A DNA stretch of 64,000 bases from Chrysemys picta bellii (Eukaryota): positions 5,456,001-5,520,000 of the forward strand of contig NC_088814.1 in assembly GCF_011386835.1 (NCBI RefSeq), written 5' to 3'. The notes beneath the pieces were generated by a model. That model made no database searches. It saw only the letters and a list, made by a program, of their open reading frames with translations, and was not told the DNA's origin. Of the stretch, positions 10,701 through 23,405 are shown one piece after another. The stretch's first letter is position 1. The number at the start of each line of letters is the position of its first letter. The translations under genes and the position numbers were made by a program.

Positions 10701-12179
10701 CCCAAGCTTTGCTTTGAGGACCCATCTAATTGTAAACGGGCTGCTTTTGCTCATAGCAGCAAAGCGAAGCAAACTAAGAACTAAACACTTCCCCTCCCTA
10801 TTAGCTAAGACTTGGCTTCTCCATGTCATGAGTGGCTCGCTTTTCTTGGACTTCAGCGTTTGCCTTCTGCTTATGGGGCGGCCATGTCTTCACTAGGGGG
10901 AAAAAGGTGGGTTTGCATCATGTGCTAGTGTGGACTAGGCAATTGTTGTTTTTACAAGTGTTCACTAGTCGAGGTAAACCCTAGGCCCTCCCCATGTTCA
11001 TCTTGACGCTTGTGGAACTACAGACTGCCTTGTCCACACTGGGATCTTACCATGTGGTGCCAAACCAACCTCTTTTTCCTAGTGCGGATGCAGCGTTTGG
11101 TTGGGGCTAGTGTATTGGCAGTGTTTCTGACAGTGGGTGCCAGACCTTAAGGCCTAGGATCACCCCTCCCTTTATCTCTCTGAGATGGGAGAGTGGCTGT
11201 GAACATCCATGTTCCTCAAATGTCCATAACTCCCCATTTCATATCTGTGCCCTGCCAGGGATTGTAACGCAGAGAGTTCGGGGTTAGAAAAGCTCCCACT
11301 GGCATGTCTTCTAGGTAAATATTATCAAGCTATCGAGCCATAGAAGAATGTTAGGTGGGATGACCGGGGAATTTGCCAAAGGAAATATCATGGACGAAAT
11401 GTCTTTCTACTCCAGGACAAAAGACACTGCAAGTGCTAAGGATTTAGGAGGGTCTTTCCCTGGCTTCGCTGTATTTAAGCCTGTAAAAAAGCAATCCTTT
11501 CTGCTGTGCTCATCGCAACCTTCCTCATTCCCTGCTGTCTCGCTGGAGTCTGCAGAGGGCGTGGTAGGGCTGAGAGGTTGAGAACTTGCCCACTCCTATC
11601 AGAAGGACGTTCAGTGGAGAAGCACAAGTATTTCCATTAAGTGCCAACGATATTAACCTTTTCACTGCTGACGGTCATACTGGAAATCTTCAGCGAGTGC
11701 TGTGCCTGTCAGGTTCTGAGGCTGGGTAACAGGAATATAGTATCTAATCAGAGTACTCCAATAATTGCTACTGCAGTCTCTGCTTCCATCTGCTAAGTGT
11801 GTCAGGCAAGCTCTTTTCTTACCGGGTCTCCACTAGTGTAGCCTCATCCTTGACCTGAACGCTGCTCTCTTCCCATTCAGTTGCCTGTTTCAAACTCCGT
11901 GCACTCCACTGTCTAGCTTTGGCTCTGATGAAATCATCCGCCGTGCTTTCTTGTCCTTTCGTTTTGCGTACTGCGGCTATATGTCCTCCCTGTCCATCTG
12001 CATGTTCGCATCTTCCTTTCACCCTCCCGCAGTTGCACTGCCAGCAGGGGACCTCCAGCAGAGAGTTATCTCATAATGACTTGTCAACATTCTGCACCAA
12101 TAACACCCCAAAGGAATCAGCACTGACTGTCTTTCCAACCCAAAACAGCTTTAAAACTTTACCCTGATAGAAAACTTCA

Positions 12180-12435
12180 GGTATGTCTACACTGCAAAAG
12201 AAACCCCCCCGGCAGTGAGTCTCAGAGCCGGGGTCACGCTGCGGCACTGAAAATAGCTGTGTAGACCGTTTGGCCCCCGAAGCCCAGGGAGTGGGGTGGG
12301 CTTCAAGGCCTGAGCTCCAGCCCAAGCCAGAATGTCTACATGGCTGGTTTTAGTGCCAGAGCGCAGGCCTGAGTCTACAGACCCAGGCTCGGAGATGACC
12401 TGCCACAGGGGTTTTTTGGCAGTGTAGACATTCCC
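12180..12435. mobile_element. PIF/Harbinger-like MITE
   Basis: TIRs GGTATGTCTACACTGCAAAA / TTTTGGCAGTGTAGACATTCCC. Confidence 0.7.
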
Positions 12436-13045
12436 TTGGAAGCAAACAGAAGGCAACATGGACTTGCAGACAGAACTGGGAGTCAGACCAGAGGATCTCC
12501 TCTTCTTCCTGCTGCGTGGCCTTGGGCAAGTCTCTGGGCCTCTATTTCCCCTCCCACCCTTTCTCCGTCTGGTCTGTGTAGCTTGAAGGCTCTTCAGGGC
12601 AGGGACTGTCTGTCTCTTCCTCTGTGTTTGTACAGCGCCCGGCACAGCAGGGCCCTTAGGCGCTGCTAAGACACAAATAAATAATCGAGGGATCCAGCCA
12701 TTTCCCTCTGTCTTCTGATCCTTTGCTTCTGTTTGCTGCCCATGGTGACATAATGGTCCCTTCTACAGTTAGCAACAATCTGTGCAAAGGATGAAACAAC
12801 AAATTGCGAAATGATAAAATCGCACTTCACATGAAGGCGCACGCGGCCAGTAACCGAGCCATTTGTTAGGTCAGCGCTGATGATTTCGGAGGGTGAGATC
12901 AGTTCAGAGGACTGAAGTGCCATGTGACTCCTTTAGGTGTGGGGGCTGGGGGTGATGCAGAAGGGAGAGAATTATGCTCCTTGTTGTCACCATTCGCCTT
13001 ACTCCTCCCTCTGCGTGTTTCCTTCCTGCAGATCAAGAGGACAGC

Positions 13046-13108
13046 ATGGCCGCCACTGCTGCAGTCAGTCCCAGTGAATACTTGCAGCCTGCTGCCTCCA
13101 CAGCTCAG
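13046..13108 (+). CDS. SP2: Sp2 transcription factor, first coding exon (exon 13032-13108)
   Basis: MAATAAVSPSEYLQPAASTAQ matches the SP2 N-terminus; acceptor CCTTCCTGCAG, donor GTGAGA; AUG in strong context AGCATGG. Confidence 0.9.
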
Positions 13109-13654
13109 GTGAGAGGGAGATTGCCTGGCTCTTTACCGTGGCATTGAGAGCTCCGGGACACACACCGCTCACAGCTGTGTAATGTGCTTGGGAAACCGTT
13201 TTGCTAGTGGCTGCTTGACTGAGCCCTCGGGGGGTCAGCATCTCCTGCAGAGCTTCCTCCCCGTCTCTGTAGAGGTTGGTGCTGTTGATTCGGAAGGAAG
13301 GGTGGCCTTGTAAAACACACGACCAGAATCCAGGAGACCTGGATTCTCTTCCTAGTTGTGCCACCGAGTCACTTTGTGGCCTTGGAGAAGTCCCTTCCCT
13401 TCCGTATGTCTCATTTTCCCCATTTGCTTAATGGGTCTAGTAACACCATCTTGTCTCCAAAGGGGGATGTGGGGGTACATGTACGTAAAGTGCTTTGAGA
13501 TCAAAGGCACTGGTGGTGGGTAAGGAAGATTCTGACAGCTGCACAGAAACCGTAGAAGCTTGCTTTGTGTTGACATCACCTCTGAAACTGATCTCCTGCG
13601 TCAGCTGAACCAACTCAACTCGAACCCGTCTCTCATTCCTGTCTCCTCCTCTAG

Positions 13655-14608
13655 GACTCTCAGCCCTCTCCACTAGCCCTGCTTGCAGCAACATGTAGTA
13701 AAATCGGTCCTCCCGCCGTGGAAGCCGCCGTCACGCCTCCGGCCCCGCCTCAGCCCACACCTCGAAAACTTGTCCCCATCAAACCCGCGCCAGTTCCTCT
13801 GGGTTCCAGTAAAAACAGCTTTGGGATCTTGTCGTCGAAAGGGAACCTCTTCCAGATCCAGGGGTCTCAGCTTGGGACATCCTATCCTGGGGGGCAACTG
13901 GTTTTTGCCATTCAGAATCCAACCATGATCAACAAAGGGGCCCGCTCGTCCACGAACATCCAGTACCAGACTGTCCCACAGATTCAAGCAGCAGGGGGGC
14001 AGACCATACAAGTTCAGCAGAACCTCGCCAATCAGATTCAGATTATCCCCGGCACTAACCAAGCGATCATTACCCCCTCCTCTTCCACGCACAAGCCAGT
14101 GCCAATCAAGCCGGCTCCCGCGCACAAGGCAGGGGCATCGTCTGTGCAGAGCGCAAGCAACGTCGTCAAGCTGACGGGCGGCAGCAACGTAACGCTCACC
14201 CTGCCGGTTAATAACCTGGTGAACGCCGCTGAGCCCGGCGCTCAGGCTCAGATCATAACCGAGAGCCCGTCAAAGCCCTGTAAAAAGACTAGAAAGAAGG
14301 CCATGTCACCAGCCCAGACGACAGCCATGGCGGTGGCCGAGCAAGTAGAAACGGTGTTGATAGAGACTACGGCAGATAACATCATCCAGGCCGGAAATAA
14401 CCTGTTGATAGTGCAGAGTCCTGGTTCAGGCCAGCCAGCGGTGGTGCAGCAGGTCCAGGTGGTCCAACCCAAGCAAGAGCAGCAGGTGGTCCAGATTCCC
14501 CAGCAGGCCCTGAGAGTGGTCCAGGCGGCCTCAGCCACTCTCCCTACCGTCCCCCAGAAGTCCTCTCAGAACTTTCAGATCCAGGCAGCTGAGCCAACTC
14601 CTACGCAG
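13655..14608 (+). CDS. SP2: Sp2, large Gln-rich exon (318 aa)
   Basis: Sp box DSQPSPLALLAATCSKIG, repeated (L/P)VPIKPAP motif, Q-rich region; AG/GT boundaries, phase 0/0. Confidence 0.97.
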
Positions 14609-15256
14609 GTACAAGGTCCTTAACCCTTTCTGGTGGGTACATCTGTGTCTGGGAGCTCCACCGAGGATCACTGACTCAGCGGGTGGTGTATAAGGAAAGG
14701 CAGAGTGGCCTGGGGATACTGCATGAGACAGGAATCTCTTTGCAGGCAGGGTTTGCGTTTAGAAATGCCTGGGCAACTTCTCCTTTCCAGCTGCGTATTG
14801 CAAGCCCAGATTTCCATGTTATGCAAGCATGGTGGTTGGCTGTGTCGCGAGGGAGGTGGAAGGCTTATTTAAGGCTGTTGTACAGAGAGGGGTTGATGTC
14901 ACTAGTGTGTGGCAAGCAGCCACCTTCCTGTCTGTTAGAAGCCTTTCTTGTGATGGATCCTTGCAGGACTTGCCTGATTTTTACATAGCCTGCTCCTGAT
15001 TCTTGACTGATCATGACTAGGTGGAGAGATTCAGGGCAGCCCCGGTGCTGGGAAGGCACAGGAAACTCCTCTAGCAGGCTGGTCGTAGCGTATGTTAATT
15101 ACATTTAATTCCGCATGAATTGCGGACTTACTACGGCCTTGGGTGTCCTGGGCCTGAAGCCCATCATTCCGATCCTGTGGGTCACACAGGGCCGTATTTG
15201 TCCTCTTGCTAAGCGACGGCTGGTCTGATTCCTTTCCTGTTTCCTTCTTCCTTCAG

Positions 15257-15557
15257 GTCTACTTCAAAACACCTTCAGGGGAGCTGCAGACCGTGCTGCT
15301 TCAGGAAGCCCCAGCTGTGACGGTGGCCCCGTCTCCCACCTCGTGCAGCAGCCCCGTGTCCCGCAGCTCCCAAGCAGGAGGGAGCTGCAAAAAGCCAGCC
15401 GCACGCAAAGAGCGCACCCTGCCAAAGATCGCCCCTGCCGGAGGCATCATCAGCTTGAACGCGGCTCAGCTGGCAGCTGCGGCCCAGGCGATGCAGACCA
15501 TCAACATTAACGGTGTCCAAGTCCAAGGAGTACCTGTCACCATCACCAACACCGGAG
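15257..15557 (+). CDS. SP2: Sp2 coding exon
   Basis: VYFKTPSGELQTV...ININGVQVQGVPVTITNTG; phase 0/1. Confidence 0.96.
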
Positions 15558-15889
15558 GTGGGCTGTGCATTGTTACACACTGGTGCTGGGGATGGGACAC
15601 GTGCTGACCGGGGAGATGGGCGGGGTAGGGGGAGAAGGAACTATCCGAGCTCCCAAAACCTTAATGTTCTGGAGGCCAGGAACTTCCTAGCTGGCAGTGT
15701 AGATTTCAGTTGGATCCCCCCTCTTAAGCCAAGCCCTGGTGCCTGTGACAGAGTATTGCAAGGTGTTAACTGCCCTACAATTCTATAGCCCCTTTCATCC
15801 CAAAAGATCCCACATAGCATCTCTGCAGCCCTAGGGAGGCCTCTCCAGGCACTTCCTGGGAAAGCATTGCCTGTTAGATCAGCTGTGCT

Positions 15890-16970
15890 GAGCTCCAGCT
15901 GGGGATGCATCACTTGGAAGTAACCGAGGAGGAGAAGGACCTCGGAGTATTGGTTGATCATAGGATGACTATGAGCTGCCGATGTGATTTGGCTGTTAAA
16001 AAAAGCTAATGCAGTCTTGGGATGCATCAGGTGAGGTATTTCCAGTAGAGATAAGGAGGTGTTAGTACCGTTATCCAAGGCACTGGTGAGACCTCATCTG
16101 GAATACTGTGTGCAGTTCTGGTCTCCCATGTTTAAGAAGGGTGAATTCAAACTGGAACAGGGACAGAGAAGGGCTACTTGGATGATCTGAGGAATGGAAA
16201 ACCTGTTTCATGAAAGGAGCCTCAAAGAGCTTGGCTTGTTTAGCCTAACCAAAAGAAGGCTGAGGGGAGATATGATTGCGCTCTATAAATATATCAGAGG
16301 GATAAATATCAGGGAGGGAGAGGAATTATTTAAGCTCAGTACCAATGTGGACACAAGAACAAATGGATATAAACTGGACATTAGGAAGTTTAGACTTGAA
16401 ATTAGACAAAGGTTTCTAACCATCAGAGGAGTGAAGTTCTGGAACAGCCTTCCAAGGGGAGCAGTGGGGGCAAAAGACATATCTGGCTTCAAGACTAAGC
16501 TTGAGAAGTTTATGGAGGGGATGGTATGATGGGATAGCCTAATTTTGGCAATTAATTGATCTTTGACTATTAGCGGTAAATATGCCCAGTGGTCTGTGAT
16601 GGGATGTTAGATGGGGTGGGATCTGAGTTACTACAGAGAATTCTTTCCTGGGTGCTGGCTGGTGAGTCTTGCCCACATGCTCAGGGTTTAGCTGATTGCC
16701 ATATTTGGGGTCGGGAAGGAATGTTCCTCCAGGGCAGATTGGCAGAGGCCCTGGGGGTTTTTGCCTTCCTCTGCAGCGTAGGACACGGGTCACTTGCTGG
16801 AGGATTCTCTGCACCTTGAAGTCTTTAAACCACAATTTGAAGACTTCAAGACATAGGTTAGGGGTTTGTTACAGGAGTGGGTGGGTGGTGAGATTCTGTA
16901 GCCTGCGTTGTGCGGGAGGTCAGACTAGACGATCATAATGGTCCCTTCTGACCTTAAAGTCTATGATTCT
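15890..16970 (+). mobile_element. 5'-truncated CR1 LINE (ORF2 C-terminus plus long 3' UTR) in SP2 intron
   Basis: Translates as EEEKDLGVLVD...[15 protein letters not shown]...ELGLFSLTKRRLRGDMIALYKY...FRLEIRQRFLTIRGVKFWNSLP (CR1 ORF2 end, with in-frame stops); tail CTATGATTCT. Confidence 0.95.
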
Positions 16971-17388
16971 AACAGGGGGTTCACAGCCTCTCTGAGCTAC
17001 AACGTTAATTAATGAATGCAGGGATTGATAGTCACGCCTGTCTGAGGGCTAAGACTTGCTCTGTTTAGTCCTGAACCAGTCTCCCAAAAGTCCTGGTAGA
17101 TGTAGGGACCAGTGAGTTTTAAGGTCACCCACTTACCAGACCACCCCGAGACTAGAGGCAGATGGTTTGGAGAGCTGGAATTCCTGCTTCGTCCTAGTCT
17201 ATCCCTATCAGGTGATACCATCCCTTCATCCAATTTCCTTCTTGATTCTTTTGCCTTTCAACTCCCCATTATTTAAGCAGCTATTTAAAACAAAACCATT
17301 AGTGCTAGAACCCAGTGACTGATGCCACCCAAAAGTTTGGAATCCCAGCTTCCAAGTAGCATAAAGCCTTCATCTCTTATCTCTGGCA

Positions 17389-17620
17389 CAGGGGTTCTGA
17401 AACTTCCTTGCATTGCAGCCCCTTCTGCCAACAAAATTACTACATGACCCCGGGCGAAGTAGGGGGCTGGAGACCGAGACCCGCCATCCTGGGTGGGGTT
17501 GGAACTCGGACTTAAGCTTAAGTCCTGGGCCCCAGCAAGTCTAATGATGACCCTGGCGACCCCATTGAAATGGGGTGGCGACCCACTTTGGGGTCCTGAC
17601 CCACAGTTTGAGAACCGCTG
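17389..17620. mobile_element. hAT MITE with 8-bp target site duplication
   Basis: TIRs CAGGGGTTCTGAAACT / AGTTTGAGAACCGCTG; flanks CTCTGGCA and CTCTAGCA (7/8 identical). Confidence 0.8.
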
Positions 17621-17966
17621 CTCTAGCAGGTGGTGAGTTATTCTCTGCCACAGTCACATGGGGAAGGCTATTGTGAAGGTGCTTCCAGTAGTCCAACCAC
17701 TACAGATGCTTTCAGGATCTCTAATATTTTCCAAGCGCTGGTCCCGGACTAGTGAGTAGAAAGAAATCCAATGAATTCTGAGTGGCTGTGCATCCCAAGC
17801 CATGGCTGGAAAATATCCATCTTCACAATGCCCTTGCTGTTCAGTTCTGGACACAGCCCTGTGTCCCCTTCTTAGGGCAAGTGGCTTTCTTACCATGCCA
17901 GAGAAAATATCAAAACCACAACTGCCATCCTGCATTCGTGCAGGCTGGAGGTAATGGGGAGTCTTA

Positions 17967-18242
17967 GACCTGGTCTACACTGCGGGGGGATCAATCTAAG
18001 TTACGCAACTTCAGCTACGTGAATAACGTAGCTGAAGTCGACGTACTTAGATCAAGTTACCGCAGTGAGTCGACTGCTGCCGCTCCCCCGTCGACTCCAC
18101 CTGCACCTCTCGCGGCCGTGGAGTACAGGAGTCGACAGGAGTGCTCAGGAATCGATTTACCACGTCTAGACTAGATGCGATAAATCGATCCCCGCTGGAT
18201 CGATCACTACCCGCCGATCTGTTGGGTAGTGTAGACATACCC
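17967..18242. mobile_element. PIF/Harbinger-like MITE with internal palindromes
   Basis: TTA target duplication on both sides; TIRs ...GTCTACACT / AGTGTAGAC...; internal hairpin ACTTCAGCTACGT-GAATA-ACGTAGCTGAAGT. Confidence 0.8.
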
Positions 18243-19786
18243 TTAGCCAAGTCCCCAGATCTCTTTGGCAACAGAGAGGTTGCAAATACTGTGCTGCATT
18301 CTACTCCTCCTCTTCCAAGGTGGCATGGCAGACATAGACACTTCCTTTCATAGCTGACTACGGAGAATCATTGCCTACATCTGCCCCCACCCAACGTGGT
18401 AGATTGACCCATTGCTCTCAGTGGCAGGTTTTTGCATTCCAGAGCTCAGATGGGAGGCTTTTGCTGCAGGAAACATCAGGAGAGGAAGTTCTGTCTGGAG
18501 AAAGGCAGTCTGCTTTCGGATCCAGAGAGACATGCCAGAGGGCTTCTTCCTCATCAGGAAGTGGCAAGATTCCCAGCTGGATTTTTAAGTTGGAAGCTGT
18601 TCTTCCTCGCTTGGCTAAACCAAAGCAGTGTAAAATACGGAACAGTTGCTAAGTGAGTTGCCATGATTCGTGGCTTGCACGCAAATCCGTCCCGAAACCA
18701 GCATATAAATGAATCGGCACTGGCAGATATTCACCCCTGTCAGCCTCATCCATCATGGTGTAGTGGTTTCACAGTAAATTCCCAGCTTCCAGCGTAGGGT
18801 AGATGGCTGAAGAGACCAGTCCTGATGATAATGGGACCTTGCACCTCAAGGGTTGCAAGTTCAGATCCAGCCCAGGCTCCGCTGGCCGTTCCATACGTGA
18901 GATGAGTTGATGGGTGTCTCAGCCCGTTTTCCACAGAGACGTCTCCACTCCCCAGTTGGCGCTTATTGGCCACTTGCTTGGCGGGCCCCCGGGGTGAAGC
19001 CAAGCACTGTGGCAGCTGAGCTGTCCTCTCCACTGCAGAGAGAGGATCCCCGCAGAGCAGCCTTGAGGCATGCTGAAGGGAAAGCGCGCCCTGTCGATGC
19101 TGCATCTCTCAGCAGCTACAGGGCTTCGGTCTGAAGAGGCGCCGAGCTGACCTGTTTCAGCAGCACCGAAGGATGTTGGATTTCCATCATCCAGGGGCCC
19201 TGGGAGGATCAATTCCACTCACTGACATTGACATCGGTTTTCTTCTTTCCAGCCCCCGGCGTGGCCCAGGCTCCCGCGTCCCTGAAGCCAGAGCTTGGAG
19301 CTGGCCCCTCAGGGTGCCAGGTAAGTCCCGTTTTTTTGGTCAATATATTGCACGTTTTTTCAAAGTTTCTTTTTCGTTTCCTGTTCCGATCGTTCCCCAC
19401 CCCAAAGGGTTAAACTGAAAACTTTGAAAAACCGCACAGTATATTCAGAAAAAAGGGACTTACCTCCCCCTTAAAGGGCCAGCACCATGGGGGGGTCCAG
19501 GGCCTTTGGGACACTGCATGCTGGGGTGGCACAGAGGAGAAAAGGAAGTGCTGAGTAGGGACTGGTCACATTATTGGAGCTGGTTCCTTTCCCTTTGCCA
19601 GGCCTCCCTTTTAAGGATTTGATCTGCGTAGGCAGCTGGAGCATTGCCCGCGTGAGGAGTATGGGAAAAGAGGTGTGTACAACACCATCAGCGAGAGGGC
19701 TGCATCTCCCCTTGGAGTCGGGGGTCTCCAAGAGGGACACTGAGCAGCAGCCTTAATACCCTTCTCCCTCTGCTTCTCATCCGCAG

Positions 19787-19961
19787 GCCAGCAGCAGCTG
19801 ACGGTCCAGAACGTGTCTGGCAACAACCTGACCATCAGCGGCCTGAGCCCAACCCAGATCCAGCTGCAGATGGAGCAGGCGCTGTCCGGGGAGATCCAGC
19901 CTGGGGAGAAGAGGCGGCGCATGGCGTGCACCTGCCCCAACTGCAAGGACGGGGAGAAAAG
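19787..19961 (+). CDS. SP2: Sp2 coding exon with Btd box
   Basis: [14 protein letters not shown]...[20 protein letters not shown]; phase 1/2. Confidence 0.96.
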
Positions 19962-20086
19962 GTGAGCGGGCAGATGCGGTGGGACAGGCGATTGGAAGGA
20001 GAGGGGGGAGAGAGACCATGCCAGCCATCTTCCTTCACCTCCACGTCAGCAAGAGTAACGGTCGCGATGGTTTCCCGTCCCTCCAG

Positions 20087-20280
20087 GTCAGGGGATCAGG
20101 GGAAGAAGAAGCACATCTGCCACATCCCTGAGTGCGGCAAGACTTTCCGCAAGACCTCGCTGCTGCGGGCCCACGTCCGCCTGCACACGGGCGAGCGCCC
20201 GTTTGTCTGCAACTGGGTCTTCTGCGGGAAGAGGTTCACGCGCAGCGACGAGCTGCAGCGGCACGCCCGGACGCACACAG
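20087..20280 (+). CDS. SP2: Sp2 zinc fingers 1-2
   Basis: [58 protein letters not shown]; phase 2/1. Confidence 0.98.
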
Positions 20281-20751
20281 GTCTGTTGCCCGCCGCCCCT
20301 GCTCCCCATCTCCCGTGTCCTGCCAGGATGTTTTGCATGTAGTCGGGAGGAGAGCCCTGCCGCGTCTCGGAGCTGGTCTTGTGGGACTGTCTCCCCCCTC
20401 CCCTGCTTCTGCTTCTGCTTCGCCAGTAACCCCAGAGCATGCTGCCGCCTTGCCCGCCGGGGCGATGGGGAGGGGGGCTCCAGAACGTATGGGGTCTCTG
20501 CCGCCTTCGCGTCGCCCCAACCGCAGCTTGGCACGGATCTGTCATCTCCCTGCAGGGGGAGGGACGGGATGCTAGCTGTGCTCGCGGGGAGCTGGGCGGG
20601 AAGGGGACCGTGCATCGGTGCATTCCACCTTCCCGGCATGAGGCTGCAACACACGCCCTTCCGAGCTGGAGCGATCGAGTCTTGGGTGCTTGGCGGCAGC
20701 AGCGAGCGCCGGCCTCTGGCGCATTGAACGTTGCTCTTGTTTCCCTGGCAG

Positions 20752-20852
20752 GTGATAAGCGTTTTGAGTGTGCGCAGTGCCAAAAGCGCTTCATGAGAAG
20801 TGACCACCTGACGAAGCACTATAAAACCCACCTGGTCACCAAGAACTTGTAG
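20752..20852 (+). CDS. SP2: Sp2 zinc finger 3 and stop
   Basis: [33 protein letters not shown]; joined CDS is 1788 nt, 595 aa. Confidence 0.98.
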
Positions 20853-21854
20853 GCTTAGCGGCAGCCAGACGGGGGCCGCCAGCTGGCCCTCTAAGCACTG
20901 GCTAAGGCCCGCACTGTCATGGACAGTCCCTGGCAAGGGTACGGCGTAGGGGTTGGGCAGACGGCCAGCCTGGAACTCCGCAGCCGTAGTCGCGCTCCTG
21001 GCTTTGATACCCTCCCAGAGGTGTCCGCGCGGGGAGAGGAGTCATTGCTGATCTTCCTTCCTTGGAAGCCATCCGCCTTCCAGCACAATCCTTGGGAATC
21101 CAGCTCCTTCCTCCGCAGAGCGTGTCAGAGCCGGACATTGATCGCACGGGCCGGGACGAAGGAGAAGCCCTTGTTTCCAAAGGAAAATGCTGACATGGGT
21201 GCGAGCGGCAGCCCCTCCTCGCTGTGCCGCAGGCTGGGGGGACTGAACAAGCAGGGCCGTGCCAACCTCGTGTAAACGGCACAAGGATGCCAGCGAAACT
21301 TTCTCACGGTGGGCCCCCTCCTCCCCGCGCTTGTGAAGCTTTGACACAGCAGGGGGCAGCACTCCACAGACAGCCCACCCGGCGCTCTGCGGCACATTCC
21401 TACTTTATATTTAAAATCTATAAATATCTATAAATATCTCTCTATATAAACTCCTTTGGAAGGTCCTTTTTTTCTATGGAAATTGTTGCCTTACGCTCCC
21501 AGCTCCCGAGTATGAACATTGTGTATCGTGAGTGCTTTTTTTTTTTTTTTTATTATTTAATTGTGCCCGGTTAATAATCTCCCCTCCCAATCCTTTTCCC
21601 TCCAAAGTTCTTTTCCAATAATGAATTGAAGAGGGTTTTTTCCTCTCCGCTGATTTATTTTTCCTTTTCATTTCCCAGTGACACGGCGTTTCCTTTTGAA
21701 TCTTGGATCTTTAAATCCTCTTTTGCCCATAATGCCGACCCCCCCCCCCCACCTCCCCGCACTGTGTATAGTGTATATTGTATCATAGACTATATTGCTT
21801 CCGTGTTTACTACATGTTTCAAAAACATATGGCTTGTTATTTTTGAGCTTTTAA

Positions 21855-22001
21855 ATTAAAAAAAAAAATCCACTTTATTTTTTAGGTGTAACTGCTTGAG
21901 GTATGTTTTATGAATTAAGTGACCGATCTGTTATTCTTTATTAACGATGTAACTGGCTGGCTGGTGCAGAGTCAGCCAAGAGTTTTTTCTTGCTAAATAA
22001 A
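21855..22001 (+). terminator. SP2: Candidate SP2 polyadenylation signals
   Basis: ATTAAA 21855-21860 and AATAAA 21996-22001 after a U-rich 3' UTR. Confidence 0.5.
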
Positions 22002-23364
22002 TTTAGTCGCCAGAGGCAAACCCAGCATGGGAAGCAAAGGATCCTTTGTCTCGTAAGCGTGACGTCCGGTAAGAGAGACCAGCTTTTGGGGAGAGGTGAG
22101 AAGGTTAGTTGGGGGGGTGACCGGGTCAGTTGTTTATACACAGCACCAAGAGACTCGCCGAGATTTCAACCCACTGGAGCCACCTACATTGTCTCTGCCC
22201 CAAGGAGCTGACAGTCTACCTAGACCAGGCAAAGGCTGGGAGGAGAACGATCGGCACACAGAGGGGAAGTGATCTGCTCAGGATCAGTGGCAGAGCTGGG
22301 AATGGAACCGAGGTGTCCTGAATCCCAGGCCAATGCCCCACCCACCAGACCACACTGTTATTTGTATTAAGGCCCCATTGTGCTAGGAGCTGTACATTAG
22401 AATAAGAGACAGTCCTTGTTGCAAAGAGCTTTACAGTTGCTGCCCACTGGCTTTCATCTTTTGGAGCATCTCTTTAATCCTCCCGAGCTTCACCCAAAAA
22501 AGGATGCAGTTGGGCCGGACCTCAGAACCATCTGTGGGTCTGCAAGTCCTTCTCTGGATGGGGCGACACACGCTTTACCCTCTAACCTGCCTGACCTTGG
22601 GAAACGAGCTGCTGGTCCCCCCCAGACGAGTGTCCATGTGGAGATGAACCACCATGGCCATAATCCCCCTCGGGGGCATTCTCAACCAAAAATCAGAGGG
22701 AGGGGGCTGGCCCCTTTAAACCCCCTTCTCCAGGGCTGGGGCACTGTTGGGGAAGCCCTCGTGTGCTCCCTGCTCTGGGTACCCAAAGGCCTTCAATCAA
22801 GCCCCGTTCACCAGCCCCGGGCAGGAAAAAGTACAGCCCATGACTTTCAAAAGCTGCCCGGTGACCTGGAGGGTGGGAGAAATTGCTCTGGAACTGGAGT
22901 CATTGGAAAGTGTCCCCCTACCTCCATCCCTCCCCCTCCACACACACGCTGCCCCTACTGTGCTCTGTTAACATCTCCTGGAAGCGAGAGAAGGAGCCTC
23001 TTAAAGGAGCCAGCGTCATCGTTAGCTCGTTCTCAGGAATGGGAAAGTGGGAACTGCTCCATTCTGAGCCTGCCAGAGGAGGCCAATAATGCACCAAAGT
23101 GGCCACTTAGAATTCTCTTTCAGAGAGGCCTTCAGGCTGGATCATGGCTCAGGGGGTGGGTAAGAAATAGTTCAGGATCTGGGACAGGAGGGAAGGAACT
23201 ACGGTTAAAATTACCCAGCCTGTTTTGGCTGAGTCTACTGTAGGCAGCTTAGCATCCCAAGATGCTACTTTTAATCTCTATAACAACCCTAGCGACTATA
23301 AATTCCACGATCTTGGGGAAGCAGTAAGGAGGAACAACTGAGCCTGCACTGTTACATTCCAGCC

Positions 23365-23405
23365 TTTATTAGGGAAGTTGGGAGGAGAGGAAGGATTGTT
23401 TTATT
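23365..23405 (-). terminator. Candidate polyadenylation signals of the BEN-domain gene
   Basis: Two minus-strand AATAAA (plus TTTATT at 23365-23370 and 23400-23405), about 0.9 kb past the stop. Confidence 0.5.

Noticed and set aside
12875-12925. Possible C/D-box snoRNA (CTGATGA...CTGA)
   Set aside because: The C box lacks the leading purine, the boxes are only about 35 nt apart, and there is no terminal stem.
16194-16529. 111-aa ORF as a host gene
   Set aside because: It is the C-terminus of a truncated CR1 ORF2 with upstream stops.
20088-20936. Antisense ORFs (282 aa, 232 aa) over the SP2 zinc-finger exons
   Set aside because: Shadow frames of GC3-rich coding sequence.
22416-23243. 275-aa plus-strand ORF between the SP2 and BEN 3' ends
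   Set aside because: Starts at TTG, has no recognisable domain, coding-like composition or splice context; plausible by chance in GC-rich DNA.
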